64,000 bases of DNA from an uncultured candidate division Zixibacteria bacterium (GCA_963806185.1 CAWDXE010000001.1:64001-128000), one strand, 5' to 3'; counted from the first letter of the stretch, positions 51,250-62,611 are shown. Notes: a model not told the origin generated them from the letters alone. Numbers and translations are program-made.

Positions 51250-53878
51250 CTAGAAGGCAAACCCGACCGAACAATACCAACGGTCGAAATTGTCCTCCGT
51301 CGCCCCATACCCTATCTCCATCGGCCCGATCGGACTGCTGTACGCGACCGACCCGCCCCACCCCTGGCGCAGTCGCTTCAGGCGAATCTGCGCACTGCTC
51401 TCCCACACGTCGCCCAGGTCCCACTTGGCCAGCAGATACAGTCGGTTCACGAGAGTCACGCGAAATTCCTGATTGAAAACGAAGACCTTGTCGCCTACCC
51501 ATTGATTGGACCGGTATCCGGTAAACGATCCCAGCCCGCCTATGTAGAATCGTTCCGACGGCGGCAGGCCGCGCCGCGACAAACCAATCGAAATCTTGGG
51601 ATGATAATTCAGCCGCTTGCCCAGCGCGAAATACCCCTCCAACGACGAGAAGAAGCGGGTATACTCTACGTCACCGCCGAGATACTTTGCCCGCAAACCG
51701 AAGGTCGAGCAGACTCCGCTTTCCGCTATTCGGAAACGGTACCCGATCGAGGTTTTCCACCAGCGATTCAAACGTAAGCGTCCGCAGATTGAACGAGCCG
51801 AATTCCCCCACCTGGTCGCCGTCCAGGTTGATCTTGTCAAATTGCAGCCCAACCGTCACCGCCCCCAGGCGGTGGATCTGCTGCCCAATCCTCAGGTAGG
51901 CACCGGTTTCTCTCTCTTCGCGTATGCCGGTCGGTTCGCCCTTCGGCGTAAACGTCGTCCGGTCCAACATCGCATGGTATAGCCGCAACTGCGCCGTCAG
52001 GTATGTCTTGAATATTCGATCGGCTTTCAGTTCCGCGAAGTAGTGCTGGCGATCGTCGCTGTACCGCGCGTGCAGCAAATACTCCATACCGATACCCGCC
52101 ACATTGTCGTCGAGGATTTCGATGAATTCCTCAGATTGATAGGTATCGTCCCAGTGCCAGCCCACCCGAGCCTGCGTGTACTTGCGTTCCCGTACACCGA
52201 TATCGACAATCGCCCCACTGTCATGCGGCAATAAGCTCACCGTCACACGATCAAAGAGATCCGTTCCGTACAGGTCGTTGAGACCTCGATTGGCCTGCAA
52301 AGTCGAATACGGCGCTCCCGCCTTAAGCGGAAAATAGGATCGAACCAGCCAATCCCGGCTCCGCTGATTAAACGAAACATCGATCCGCCGGACAATCGCT
52401 TCATCCAAATCGACGGTCACCACCTGGTGATCAAAATCGATGCTCGTCGCGCGAATATCCGCGAGATCGTAGTTCTCGACCTGGTAGAGATTGACGATCC
52501 GGTCAAGACGGCGCCGTAACGCCTCCGGCGTGACAATTGAATCGTGTCCCTGCACTTGCGCCATCAGGGTCGAATCATCAAATACCGTATTCCCATTCAC
52601 CACCCAGCGCAACGTGCGATCGTCAAGATTGGCCCGCGGCGTGAGCGTCAACACAACCGCCTGCACCGACTTCGTCGCGGAGACGGGATATATAGTGTCC
52701 GGAACGATTCCCGCGTCCAACTGAAACAGGTTGTTGTCCCGGCACAGTTGTTGCAGCGCTTCGGTCAGCGCCCTTCGGCCAAACTTCCGGCCGGAGAGCG
52801 CGCTTTGTGCCGACGAAGTGAAGCGATCGTCGTCACCGACCACCGAGACCCGTTGGATTGCCATTTCGGTCGTATCCAGTTGACGGCGAATCATCAGTTT
52901 GAGGCTGTCCATGACCGCCACCGCCGCGGCATACCCCCTATCGATAATCGAGTCGCGCTCCGCGAAGTCGCCCGACATGATCGAACCAAGCGTCGGCTGA
53001 ATCACAAAATCGGCGTGCGAAAGCTGGGTCATCAGTTTGTCGACCGTCATAATGGTCGTCACCTGATCCGCTAGGTCGACCGGCGAAATGATCTCGTCGC
53101 GCGTTCGCAGAGCGCTGGCACAATTGACGGCCAGCACGAATTTGACTGAATCTGTCATGGCGCGGACAATGTCCACCGGAACCGGCACCAGCATCCCGCC
53201 ATCCATGAGCCACCGGTCCTCCCGATCCACCCCCGTGAATGCCAGAGGGAAAGCCATCGTGGCGCGCAACGCGTCCGCCAGCGATCCGTCGGACAGGACC
53301 ACCTCTTCGCCCGACACGATGTCCGTACAGACAGTTTTGAAGGGAATGGTAAATCGCGAGAAATCGCCGCCGGCACGATACGTCGCCTTGTTGGTGAGCG
53401 AGGTGAGCAGCGAGGCCAGTTCCTGGCCCGAGGTCAGCGCGTGCGGAATCTGAGGCCGAAATCCGTCAAAGCGCATGGAGAGCAGATGGCGGTCCCGGTC
53501 GCGCCGCCGCGTGAGCAGCATCGATCGGCGCGATGGCTCATTTCGGAACAGCGTTGAATAATCTATCTCGCGTACGATCTGTTTGATGGCGTCAGCGCGA
53601 TACCCACACGCGTACAAGCCACCGACAATGCCGCCGATCGACGTGCCCGCCACGGCAGCGACGGAAATATTGTTCTCCTCCAGCGCCTTCAACACCCCAA
53701 TGGCCGCCAGCCCACGAGCGCCGCCACCGGATAGAGCCAGCGCGACAGGTATCGATTGCTCGGTCCCGTGAGGGTCAAGACCATCCACCCCACCAATGCG
53801 TATCGACTCTGCGGATGCGGTAACTGCCAGCGCGATTACTACTGTCGCGATCAGGGGAATTTTAGCTTGTGGTCTCAC
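51250..53878 (-). CDS. Patatin-like phospholipase with POTRA and Omp85 beta-barrel (PlpD/type Vd-like); one frameshift at ~51687
   Basis: Signal peptide, LSGGGARG, GTSIG, DGG; barrel strands with FYIGG...GY and SPIGP, C-terminal F; an extra A in GGCAAAGTAT splits the ORF. Confidence 0.88.
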
Positions 53879-53927
53879 CCCACTCTCCGTTCCTTATTCG
53901 CAGGCAATAAACCACTGTTGAGTTACT

Positions 53928-54713
53928 GTGTCAATTTCTCGTGCAAAAACCAAGCATCTGCGAGCCACGGCGAGCAAAAAGGGACGAAGAGAATCCGGTG
54001 TCTTCACCGCCGAGGGTGTACGCGTCCTCGAAGAAGCCGTCCGCGCCCGCACTATGCCTGCCGAAGTCTACTACGCACCCTCTCAATTGAATGACCGCGG
54101 ACGTTCGCTGATCGGTACGTTCGAACGGTTTGGCGTATCCTGCCAGGAGATCCGGGCCTCGGAACTTGAAAAACTGAGCAATACCCGCGCTCCCCAGGGC
54201 ATCGTTGCCCTCTTTCCTGCCCACCGTGCCCCCCTTTCGGAATCTTTTGCCGCCGGTTCGCGTAGACTACTCTGGTGTGACGGCATTTCTGACCCGGGCA
54301 ATCTCGGAACGCTCATTCGGTCGGCGGCAGCCTTTGGCTTCGGACCGATAGTAGTGAGCGGAGCTTCTGCCGATCCCTATAATCCGAAAGTGGTCCGAGG
54401 AACGGCGGGAGCGCTCTTCGGACTGAAGATCAGTCATGCCGAGCCGGATGCAATGTTGCGCGAATTGGCCGCCCGTAAATGGACGCTGATTGCAACTGAC
54501 ATCGAAGGCGAAGAGGCACCCCTGATCGTGCCCAGTTTAAAAGGACGAACGGTCGTTCTGGCCGTCGGCTCGGAAGCACGGGGACTGAGCGAACAGATCC
54601 TCGCGGCCGCCGACCACCGGATCAGAATTCCGCACGAACCGAAGGTCGAATCCCTCAATGCCGCGGTGGCCGGGTCGATACTGATGAAAGACATTTACGA
54701 GGTGCTGCGATGA
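53928..54713 (+). CDS. TrmH/SpoU family RNA methyltransferase
   Basis: DPGNLGTLIRSA, GSEARGLS, VESLNAAVA. Confidence 0.92.
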   Translation: MSISRAKTKHLRATASKKGRRESGVFTAEGVRVLEEAVRARTMPAEVYYAPSQLNDRGRSLIGTFERFGVSCQEIRASELEKLSNTRAPQGIVALFPAHRAPLSESFAAGSRRLLWCDGISDPGNLGTLIRSAAAFGFGPIVVSGASADPYNPKVVRGTAGALFGLKISHAEPDAMLRELAARKWTLIATDIEGEEAPLIVPSLKGRTVVLAVGSEARGLSEQILAAADHRIRIPHEPKVESLNAAVAGSILMKDIYEVLR

Positions 54714-55771
54714 AATATATGCCGCAATTCGCCCTGACGACACTGGCCGTTTGCGTCTCCCTGGTCACTTCCGGCTTTGGGCAGGATATTTTTGAGAAAG
54801 ACAAGGGGCTGTATGAAACCGCGCAGATCACAAACACTATTGCGATCGGCCCGCAGAACAAACTGATCATCAAGTCAGCCGAAAGTCTCAGCGGATCGCT
54901 CACGATCACTAGTGCCAAGGTAAAACAGATCACTGTCAAGAGCACCAAGTCCGCTAAAACCGGCAGCCGATCTCAGGCCATCGACTACATCGATCTTATC
55001 ACCGTCAGCCTCGACAAACAGGGCGAAATGACGCGGCTGGAACTGCGCGCGCCGAACCCGTCGCCCTGGAACGAGGATGCCGAGGCCGGTATGGTGGATG
55101 CACAGATTGTCGTACCTGAGAAATGCGCTCTCGATATCGATGCCGGTCGGTTCGCCGTGGAAGCCACCGGCCCGTTCGCGGCCGTGGTCATTTCATCCTC
55201 ACTGGAAAGAGTGTCGGTACAAAATGTCAATGGACTCGTCGACATCTCGACGGCCAATCAACCGGTCATACTCAAACAGGCCCGGGGCGAAATCGCCGTC
55301 GCCACGACCAATGCCCCCATCAACGCTTCCGAGATCCGTGTCGATGGTACACCTGCGCGCTTTCGTAATGACGGAGGCGAGACGGTACTCGATGACGTTT
55401 TCGGAGCCGTCAACATCCGCGCCGACTACGGGCGCATTGACGTTCGGCGATTCAACCCCGCCACTGGCAACAGCGTCATTCGCGGCACCGGCGCGCCGGT
55501 ACTGCTCCAAATCGATTCGATGTCCGACGGTCAGTTGGTGGTGAGCAACAGTGACGAAGACATTGATCTTACCGTCCCCGAATCCATCTCGGCCTTCTTC
55601 TCGCTCTCAGTAGATCCCGATGGCTCCATCGAGGCGCGCGGGATGCCCTTCAAGACGGATCTGGTCCAGCCCACTCGCCTCAATATCCGCACGGGCGAAA
55701 GCGATGCAAACATCCGTGGCACGGTGAGCGGGAAGGGAAGTATCTTCATTCGCGGAACCAGGGGTGAATGA
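54710..55771 (+). CDS. Exported beta-strand repeat protein (DUF4097-like)
   Basis: Signal peptide; repeated V-x-T-x-N-x-x-I beta motifs. Confidence 0.65.
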   Translation: MKYMPQFALTTLAVCVSLVTSGFGQDIFEKDKGLYETAQITNTIAIGPQNKLIIKSAESLSGSLTITSAKVKQITVKSTKSAKTGSRSQAIDYIDLITVSLDKQGEMTRLELRAPNPSPWNEDAEAGMVDAQIVVPEKCALDIDAGRFAVEATGPFAAVVISSSLERVSVQNVNGLVDISTANQPVILKQARGEIAVATTNAPINASEIRVDGTPARFRNDGGETVLDDVFGAVNIRADYGRIDVRRFNPATGNSVIRGTGAPVLLQIDSMSDGQLVVSNSDEDIDLTVPESISAFFSLSVDPDGSIEARGMPFKTDLVQPTRLNIRTGESDANIRGTVSGKGSIFIRGTRGE

Positions 55772-55777
55772 GCCGCC

Positions 55778-58186
55778 ATGAAAACCTGCACGTCGATCAA
55801 AACAGCTCTCTATACGTTCATCTTCAGCACGATCGCACTATCCTCCGCCTGCGCGGATAGAATCGCCGAACCGAACGGCATCTTCTACTATCAGCCGGCC
55901 GCTTCAGTGTTCGGCGGCGAAGCTGCCTGGATCAATCCCGCCGCGCTGGGGAGATTTTATGCCTCCGGCTCACAAGCGATGGCCGACTACTATGACGGCA
56001 AATTTATCAAGAGCTGGGGCCTCGCCGCGCAGGGCGACCGCTTCGCCACGGCTTATCGCCATCTGGATAATCCGGCCGGAACCGATTTCAGCGAATTCCT
56101 CGCCGGCGGTGGATTCAGCGTCGGCTCGGACATGAGCCTGGGCCTGTCCTATCGGTACTATAGCAACGGCCCGGATTACTTTCACAAGTTACATACCTGG
56201 AACGTCGGCATGCAGTCCGGCGGCGATGGCCCGTACCGGTTTGGCTTTGTCGCCGGCAATCTCAACCGCGCCCGTCGTGACGGCGAGCGCACGGAGGTCG
56301 AATTGCGCTACTCGGTGGCCTATCGGCCGCTGGACGATCGTTTCACCCTGGCCGCCGACATACTCACCTCGACCCACACCAAGTGGCGCAACGCCGAGGT
56401 CGTTTATCACGCCGAGTACACTCCCTATCCCGGACTTTTCGTTAACGCCTTCATCGACTCGCACAAGAATTTTCAATTCGGTCTCCGCGCCAACCTGTTG
56501 AAGTATTTCGTCGGTAGCAGGAGTACATTCAATCGTTCCGGTGACGGTCGCGGCACCACCGTCTTCGTCGGCCAGACCAACATGCGCCAGAAATCGATCC
56601 TGAAAGAGCCTCAGATACGCCTTACCGCTCAACTACCGGCGGACGTCTCCGAGAATCCGCCGCAACCGGTCTTCGGACGACGATCCCTGCCGTACACGGT
56701 GCTGTTATCCGGGCTTTACCGGGCCGCCGAAGATCCGGCCGTCAAAGAAGTCGTGATTGACGTGTGCGGCTCGTCGCTCGGCTTTGGCCAGGCCCAGGAA
56801 TTTCGCGACGCTGTTCTCTACTTGAAAGAAAACGGCAAGCACGTCACCTGCTACCTGCAATCCCAGTCGAACAAGGCCTACTACATGGCCTCCGCCGCCG
56901 ATCGCATTGTCCTTCCTCCGGTTTGCCAGTTGAATCTGGTCGGCCTTCGCTCTGAACTTACCTTCTACGGCGGAACATTGGAAAAAATCGGTGTAAAGCT
57001 GGATATGGTCCGGATCGGCGACTTCAAGTCCGCGACCGAGGCCTATACCTCCACCCAATCAAGCGAGCTGAATCGACAAGAGGTGAATAACCTCCTCGAT
57101 GACGTCTATGACCAGTTCGTTGAGGGCATTGCCGACGGTCGCCGCCTGCCGCCCGACTCCGTCAAGGCCTTGATTGACCGGGGCCCCTTTACATCGCAAG
57201 AGGCAATCGACTGTGGGCTGGTCGACGATCTGGTTTATCGCGACCTGCTTTTTGAGAAGGGCTTGCCTCTCCGGCGAACCGTATCCTTCAGCAGCTATTT
57301 GGCCGATACGCTGATTAATAACGCCTGGTCGCCCCGCCCCGTGCTGGCCGTGATGGTCGCTGACGGCGAGATTAAGGGCGATCCCGGTTCTCCCACCGAC
57401 AACGACGGCGTTACCCCTGCTCCCTTTCAGAAAGCTTTCGAGGCCGTGCGCCGTGACCCCGGCGTCCGCGGTGTCCTGTTTCGAGTCAACTCCCCCGGCG
57501 GCTTCGCTCTGGCCGCCGACGACATCTATCACTTCGCCAGCCGTGCTCGCGAAGTGAAGCCGGTGGTCATCTCCATGGCCAGCATTGCCGCCTCGGGAGG
57601 GTACGAACTGAGCATGACCGGCCGACGAATCTTCGCCCTGCCGGCCACCATCACCGGATCGATCGGTATCTTCGGCGGCAAGGCCGATTTCAGCGAATTT
57701 TACCGCAAAATCAATTTGGGGAAAGAGCTGTACACACGAGGCAAATTTGCCGGACTGCTGACGACTACCCGCCCTTTCACTCCGCAAGAGCGAGCTAAGT
57801 ACTACTCTCAGCTGGCGGCTTTCTACGACCATTTCGTGACCCTCGTGGCGGAAAACCGCTCCTTGAGCAAGGATTCAGTCGACGCTCTCGGCCAGGGACG
57901 AGTATGGACCGGCCGTGCCGCTTTGAAGCACGGCTTGATTGATGAATTGGGCGGCTTTCGCCAGGCTATCGCCTACACCGCCGACGCCGCCGGAGTCAAA
58001 GACTATACCCTGGTGACTTATCCAAAAAAACGACCGCTCTTTCTCTTTCCCGGCTTGAAGCTCTGGCGCTTCGCCAGCCGTGTGCTGGCCGGCGGCCGTG
58101 CGTCGGATCAGACCTTTCGTGACGCGGCCGGCATCCCCGACGACGGTATCTACTCCCGGATGCCGTTCGACCTCGCCATCGACTGA
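55778..58186 (+). CDS. sppA: Signal peptide peptidase SppA (S49, tandem type) with N-terminal beta-barrel-like domain
   Basis: GDFKSA (Lys), RVNSPGG, AASGGY (Ser), TGSIGI, GRVWTG; ~270-aa N-terminal amphipathic beta region. Confidence 0.88.
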   Translation: MKTCTSIKTALYTFIFSTIALSSACADRIAEPNGIFYYQPAASVFGGEAAWINPAALGRFYASGSQAMADYYDGKFIKSWGLAAQGDRFATAYRHLDNPAGTDFSEFLAGGGFSVGSDMSLGLSYRYYSNGPDYFHKLHTWNVGMQSGGDGPYRFGFVAGNLNRARRDGERTEVELRYSVAYRPLDDRFTLAADILTSTHTKWRNAEVVYHAEYTPYPGLFVNAFIDSHKNFQFGLRANLLKYFVGSRSTFNRSGDGRGTTVFVGQTNMRQKSILKEPQIRLTAQLPADVSENPPQPVFGRRSLPYTVLLSGLYRAAEDPAVKEVVIDVCGSSLGFGQAQEFRDAVLYLKENGKHVTCYLQSQSNKAYYMASAADRIVLPPVCQLNLVGLRSELTFYGGTLEKIGVKLDMVRIGDFKSATEAYTSTQSSELNRQEVNNLLDDVYDQFVEGIADGRRLPPDSVKALIDRGPFTSQEAIDCGLVDDLVYRDLLFEKGLPLRRTVSFSSYLADTLINNAWSPRPVLAVMVADGEIKGDPGSPTDNDGVTPAPFQKAFEAVRRDPGVRGVLFRVNSPGGFALAADDIYHFASRAREVKPVVISMASIAASGGYELSMTGRRIFALPATITGSIGIFGGKADFSEFYRKINLGKELYTRGKFAGLLTTTRPFTPQERAKYYSQLAAFYDHFVTLVAENRSLSKDSVDALGQGRVWTGRAALKHGLIDELGGFRQAIAYTADAAGVKDYTLVTYPKKRPLFLFPGLKLWRFASRVLAGGRASDQTFRDAAGIPDDGIYSRMPFDLAID

Positions 58187-58203
58187 CCATGTTTTCCCAT
58201 TTA

Positions 58204-58241
58204 AAACAGAAAGACCCGCGGTGTCGCGGGTCTTTCTGTTT
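58204..58241. terminator. Bidirectional intrinsic terminator
   Basis: 17-bp inverted repeat AAACAGAAAGACCCGCG/CGCGGGTCTTTCTGTTT between convergent genes. Confidence 0.85.
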
Positions 58242-58251
58242 CTTGGTCAGC

Positions 58252-59883
58252 TTATTCGCCGACAAATTCCTGCTTCCAGCCGGTCCGCTGGAACACACGC
58301 ACCATTGGCGTTTCCGGCGGAAGCTTGTTCGGGTCATCAAGATCCGTATCGTACACCCAGCTTCGCGACGGCGGATCGTAATACGTGCCGTTCCATTTCC
58401 CGACTGCCTGTCGCGAATTCCAGAGGTTCACGGCCGACCCCAGCCAGTTCAGCGTCTTGCCCGACCAGGTCTCCAAAAACCGCGGAAGATTCTCAAACCC
58501 GCCATTGTAATTGGTCGGGGTGGTTTCTGTGTTTCCGGTCACATAAGATGCATTGATCGTCGTAGTCTGGGCGACGCGTTTGGTCTTAGAACTATCACCG
58601 TAAATATCATTCCAGCTCGCCGACAGGAACGTAATCGCATCGGAAATGATCGCCGCCGGCTTCTTGTTCACAGTATTGTAATTGCCCAGCGTATAGACTG
58701 GGTTCTGCGAGGCTACTGTAAGACCGGAGCCAAGCGTCGCAGCATTCTTCAGGCGCAGCGCCGGCCATTCGGTACTGCCGCCAATATCGTCGGAGAAGTA
58801 AACTACTCCATTCGACGGCCCGTACCCGTTGGCGTACAGCTTACCCACATCGAGATCAGTGACGTCTACTTTCTTTCCCTCACGCTGGTCTTTGAACTTG
58901 TCAGCCGTATAGGTCAATATGCCCAAGGTGGTGAAAGTCGCAGTGACATTCGTCCACACACCGCCGACCTTGTTATAGGCCTGGCCGTTTACGATCTTCA
59001 CCGTCGATTTCAATTCATATGAGTCGGCGTTGCCACCGGCGGCCGGCTCAATGATCTTATGCGGATCACTGCTGCCGTTGAGCGGTAGGTTGAGTTCACC
59101 CTGGCCGTGAGCGGCATCCTGCACGCGGCCGCCCCAGCGGGAGATCGAGGAATCAAACCACTCGGCGTCGGTGTGCTCCAGCCAGCCTGATCCCTGCTTC
59201 ATAGAGACATAGTTGCCGCTCGCGTTCTTGATGAGCACGTCGCCGTTGGACACCGGCTCCGGTCCCTTACGGCCGTGCAGCATCGAACCCGAACAGGTCA
59301 CATAACTGTCCATGCGCAGCGTGTTGTTCGCCTGCACCCAGAGATTGCCGTTGGAATGCACGCGACCTACCAGGTTCATGTCGGCGCCTGGCGCGATCTC
59401 CAGATCGTTCCCGTAGAACACGGCGAACTGAAAGAGCGGAATGAGCGCCGTCTCAAACGACTGCGACATGTCCACGCGACCCTTTTCGCCCAGGCTTACG
59501 CCCGTCGAATTGATCGAAAACGACTTCACCAGCGCGTGCAGGCCCGCCAGCGTCCCCTGAGTCAGCTCACGCGTCGTCGGGGCGCCGTCGTCAGACGTGT
59601 TGTACGCTACCACGCAGTGATTGATCGTATCATTGCCCGCCGGCATGGTGGTCGGCGGCGCATTGGTTGCCTCGTATTCCTCCTGCAGGGTGGCTGCCGC
59701 TTGCTCCAACCCCGCTTCGGCGGCATAAAAGGCCTTCATCTCCTGCATTTCGTTGCCGGCGATCGACACCTCATCGTCCGATGTCTGCAACGCGGCAATA
59801 CCCAGCAGCGTCAATAACCCGACCATGATGATCGCGATCAACGATGCCATACCGCGTTCGTTAGTCAATCCTGTAGTGCGCAT
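58252..59883 (-). CDS. Large PilX/GspK-class minor pilin, copy 2
   Basis: NERG|MASLIA class III signal without Glu5; AFYAAEAGLE PilX N-terminal motif. Confidence 0.82.
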   Translation of the reverse strand: MRTTGLTNERGMASLIAIIMVGLLTLLGIAALQTSDDEVSIAGNEMQEMKAFYAAEAGLEQAAATLQEEYEATNAPPTTMPAGNDTINHCVVAYNTSDDGAPTTRELTQGTLAGLHALVKSFSINSTGVSLGEKGRVDMSQSFETALIPLFQFAVFYGNDLEIAPGADMNLVGRVHSNGNLWVQANNTLRMDSYVTCSGSMLHGRKGPEPVSNGDVLIKNASGNYVSMKQGSGWLEHTDAEWFDSSISRWGGRVQDAAHGQGELNLPLNGSSDPHKIIEPAAGGNADSYELKSTVKIVNGQAYNKVGGVWTNVTATFTTLGILTYTADKFKDQREGKKVDVTDLDVGKLYANGYGPSNGVVYFSDDIGGSTEWPALRLKNAATLGSGLTVASQNPVYTLGNYNTVNKKPAAIISDAITFLSASWNDIYGDSSKTKRVAQTTTINASYVTGNTETTPTNYNGGFENLPRFLETWSGKTLNWLGSAVNLWNSRQAVGKWNGTYYDPPSRSWVYDTDLDDPNKLPPETPMVRVFQRTGWKQEFVGE

Positions 59884-59927
59884 TTTATTCTCCTCTCTTG
59901 CGCGCTCCTGCGTCTCACCGTCACCGG

Positions 59928-61571
59928 CTATTCCGTTTGCCAGGCTATATACTGCTGTGACCAGCCGGATCGCTCGAAAATGAGAATCTTCGGCACTTCC
60001 GGTGGTTGCTTTGACGGATCGTTCAAATCTGTATCAAATGACCAGTCGCGAACCGGTGGCTCATAGTAATTCAGAGACCACTTGCCCGTCGCCTGGGTGG
60101 AATTCCACAGGTTTACCATGGAACCGCAAATCGTCGAGGTCTTGCTGCTTCCCCAGTACTCGAGGTATCGGGGCAGGCTCGCCAGACCGCCATTGTAGTT
60201 GCTGCTCGAACACGGCGTATCCCCCGTGATGAACGAAGCGTTAATCACCGTGCTCGCCGCCTGGCGCGTATTCATCGACCCCGCCGACTTGCTGTCATCC
60301 CAGCTCGAGGACAGAATCGTATACGCATCAGTCAGAATCGCCGCCGGCTGCTTGTTCGTCGTATTGAAGTTACCGACCGTGTACACCGGATTGGCGCTCG
60401 CCACCGTCAGCCCCGCGCCCAGCGTCGTCGCATTCTTGATCCGCAGGCCGGGAAATTCACTGCTGCCCGAGACATCGTCCGAGAAGTAAAGCACGCCGTT
60501 CGACGGCGCGTAACCCGACGAATACAACTTGCCAAGATCGATTTCCGTCGCGTCGACATACTTCTTCTCTCGGGCATCATAAAATTTGTCGGCCGCGTAC
60601 GATAACACTCCCGCCGACTGCAGGGTGCTCGTTACATCGCTCCAAACGCCGCCGATCTTGCGATACGCCACGTTGTTGATGATCTTGAGCGTGGCCTTGT
60701 TCTCGTATGAATCGTCGTTCCCGCCGGCCGCCGGCTCTATAATCTTGTGCGGTTTCGCGGCATCGGACAGCGGGAGGTTCAGCTTCGGCTGCTCGAACGC
60801 GGCATCGCGTACTTTTCCGCCCCAACGGGCTGACGCCTGGGTGTACCAGTCCTTGTTGTCCGCGTCCAGCCATTCGCCGCTCTTGTACATATTTTGATAA
60901 AGCCCGACGGCGTCTTTGAAGCAGACGTCGCCGTTCGTCCCCGAATACAATCCGTCCGGAAAGCCGTGATGAATGTCGCCGGCCGCGGTCACACTGCCGT
61001 TCACGTACAACGCTTCCACCGCCTGCAGGTACATGTTGCCGTTACAATGAACCCGTCCGTTGATCGTCATCTTCTTCTGCGGCGTCGCCCACAAATCGTC
61101 GTCATAGAAAATGGCAAACTGAAATATCGGCACCATGTTCGCCTCGATGGCCTCGCTCAGTTGCACTTTGGCCTGTTCGCTCGGATTCACCGCCGTGGAA
61201 ACCACCGTGTACGATTTCTTCATCGAGTGAAGCCCGGCAAACGGCCCCGACTCGAGCCGCGATTGCACATACGCGCCGGCGTCCGCGACCGAATACTCCA
61301 TCGCCGAACCGTTGAGTTTCTCCGACCCGCTGGGCATCTCCGTCGGCGGCTGGCCGGTGGCGGTGTATTGCTCCTCGATCTTCGCCAGACCCAACTCGAG
61401 CCCGGCCTCGGCCGAGTAAAACGCCCGCATCTCCTGCAGCTCATTGCCGGCTATTGTGACCTCGTCGTTTGACGTCTTCAGTGCCGCCAAGCCCAGGAGC
61501 GTCAGCAAGCCAACCATGATCAATGCCACCAGTGTCGCCATCCCCCGTTCGTTGTGCCTGTACTTGCGCAT
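59928..61571 (-). CDS. Large PilX/GspK-class minor pilin, copy 1
   Basis: NERG|MATLVA without Glu5; AFYSAEAGLE; colinear paralog of 58252-59883. Confidence 0.82.
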   Translation of the reverse strand: MRKYRHNERGMATLVALIMVGLLTLLGLAALKTSNDEVTIAGNELQEMRAFYSAEAGLELGLAKIEEQYTATGQPPTEMPSGSEKLNGSAMEYSVADAGAYVQSRLESGPFAGLHSMKKSYTVVSTAVNPSEQAKVQLSEAIEANMVPIFQFAIFYDDDLWATPQKKMTINGRVHCNGNMYLQAVEALYVNGSVTAAGDIHHGFPDGLYSGTNGDVCFKDAVGLYQNMYKSGEWLDADNKDWYTQASARWGGKVRDAAFEQPKLNLPLSDAAKPHKIIEPAAGGNDDSYENKATLKIINNVAYRKIGGVWSDVTSTLQSAGVLSYAADKFYDAREKKYVDATEIDLGKLYSSGYAPSNGVLYFSDDVSGSSEFPGLRIKNATTLGAGLTVASANPVYTVGNFNTTNKQPAAILTDAYTILSSSWDDSKSAGSMNTRQAASTVINASFITGDTPCSSSNYNGGLASLPRYLEYWGSSKTSTICGSMVNLWNSTQATGKWSLNYYEPPVRDWSFDTDLNDPSKQPPEVPKILIFERSGWSQQYIAWQTE

Positions 61572-61635
61572 TTTCTTGTCTCCCTTACCGACCGGAGTCT
61601 CGTCTGCCCGCGTGCTCCTGGACAGCTCCCGAGTG

Positions 61636-62457
61636 TTAGTAACCCAGATTTCTGACGTTCACCGACGACGCGTAGGTCCGCGTCCGGTACGGCTTTCCCG
61701 CCGCCAGATAATCCGGATTGTTCGACCGTCCCGTTACACTTATCAGTACTTCCCGTACGTCGTCAATCAACGGCGGGACATCCACGACCATCCCGTTTTT
61801 CAAACGATACGAGAATTGAAGATCGCTCATGTTCTCGGCATACACCGAGGCATCTTTGCCGATCGGCTTCACCATCAGCCGCGGATGATTTGCATCTGTC
61901 TTGCTGTCGATGTAGAACTTCAGACTCGTTATCACCATCAGCTCTGAGCTTGCCGGGTACTTGTGCCCGAGATCCATAGTGTTGTGCTGAAGGTGATTCG
62001 AGCCGGTCTGCACGTGCGTGAGCTCAAAGTACTCTCCCCAGGCGGAGTCCGGGGCCCAGATGTACACCCACTGTCCCTCGGTGAAACAGTCCACGGCCGA
62101 CCCGCACTTGAGCTCCGACGATGGCTGCGGCATCGCTTCCGACAGCGTTGTATTGCACTCCGACGATCTATAGTTAATCGTGATCGTGTCCGGATTCGTG
62201 TTGGCGGCCACTATTGGCGCCAACCCCAGCGGAAGCGAATGCCCCGCCATGCGAATCTGGCGCGTCAGTTCATCAATTGACGCCCGGGAGTTCTGCTGAA
62301 TGGTCGTGATGTCATCCTGGGCCGTATAGTGCTTCTCCTGCGTGGAAAAGGCCCGGAACACGGCCGTTGTGATGATTCCGGTAAGAAAGAGCGCGATCAG
62401 CATTTCCATAATGCTGAATCCCCGTTCCGATATGATTGCTGATCCGTTTCGTTTCAT
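61636..62457 (-). CDS. PilW-like minor pilin, copy 2
   Basis: ERG|FSIMEMLIAL prepilin motif; QQN.R...L.RQIRMAG. Confidence 0.85.
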   Translation of the reverse strand: MKRNGSAIISERGFSIMEMLIALFLTGIITTAVFRAFSTQEKHYTAQDDITTIQQNSRASIDELTRQIRMAGHSLPLGLAPIVAANTNPDTITINYRSSECNTTLSEAMPQPSSELKCGSAVDCFTEGQWVYIWAPDSAWGEYFELTHVQTGSNHLQHNTMDLGHKYPASSELMVITSLKFYIDSKTDANHPRLMVKPIGKDASVYAENMSDLQFSYRLKNGMVVDVPPLIDDVREVLISVTGRSNNPDYLAAGKPYRTRTYASSVNVRNLGY

Positions 62458-62611
62458 ACCTTCATCCTTATCACTGCCACACTCACTTCGTGATTCGTAA
62501 CGGCTCACTTCCGCTATTCCTCGTGTACATATCTTTTCCATATCCTTGGCCCCCTTCTCGGCCGTTCCACCGGACAACCTGTGCCCGCCAGACAGTCGAA
62601 ATCCTTGCCGA

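Noticed and set aside
50560..51250. RNase P, tmRNA or SRP identity for the intergenic RNA
   Set aside because: No GAGGAAAGUCC core, no tRNA-like ends with CCA and no SRP GGAA loop motif were found by eye; only short chance-like matches
51250..51275. GGCAAACCC resembling a c-di-GMP-I riboswitch start
   Set aside because: It is the antisense of the patatin gene's last codons (VGFAF*), and the rest of the motif is missing
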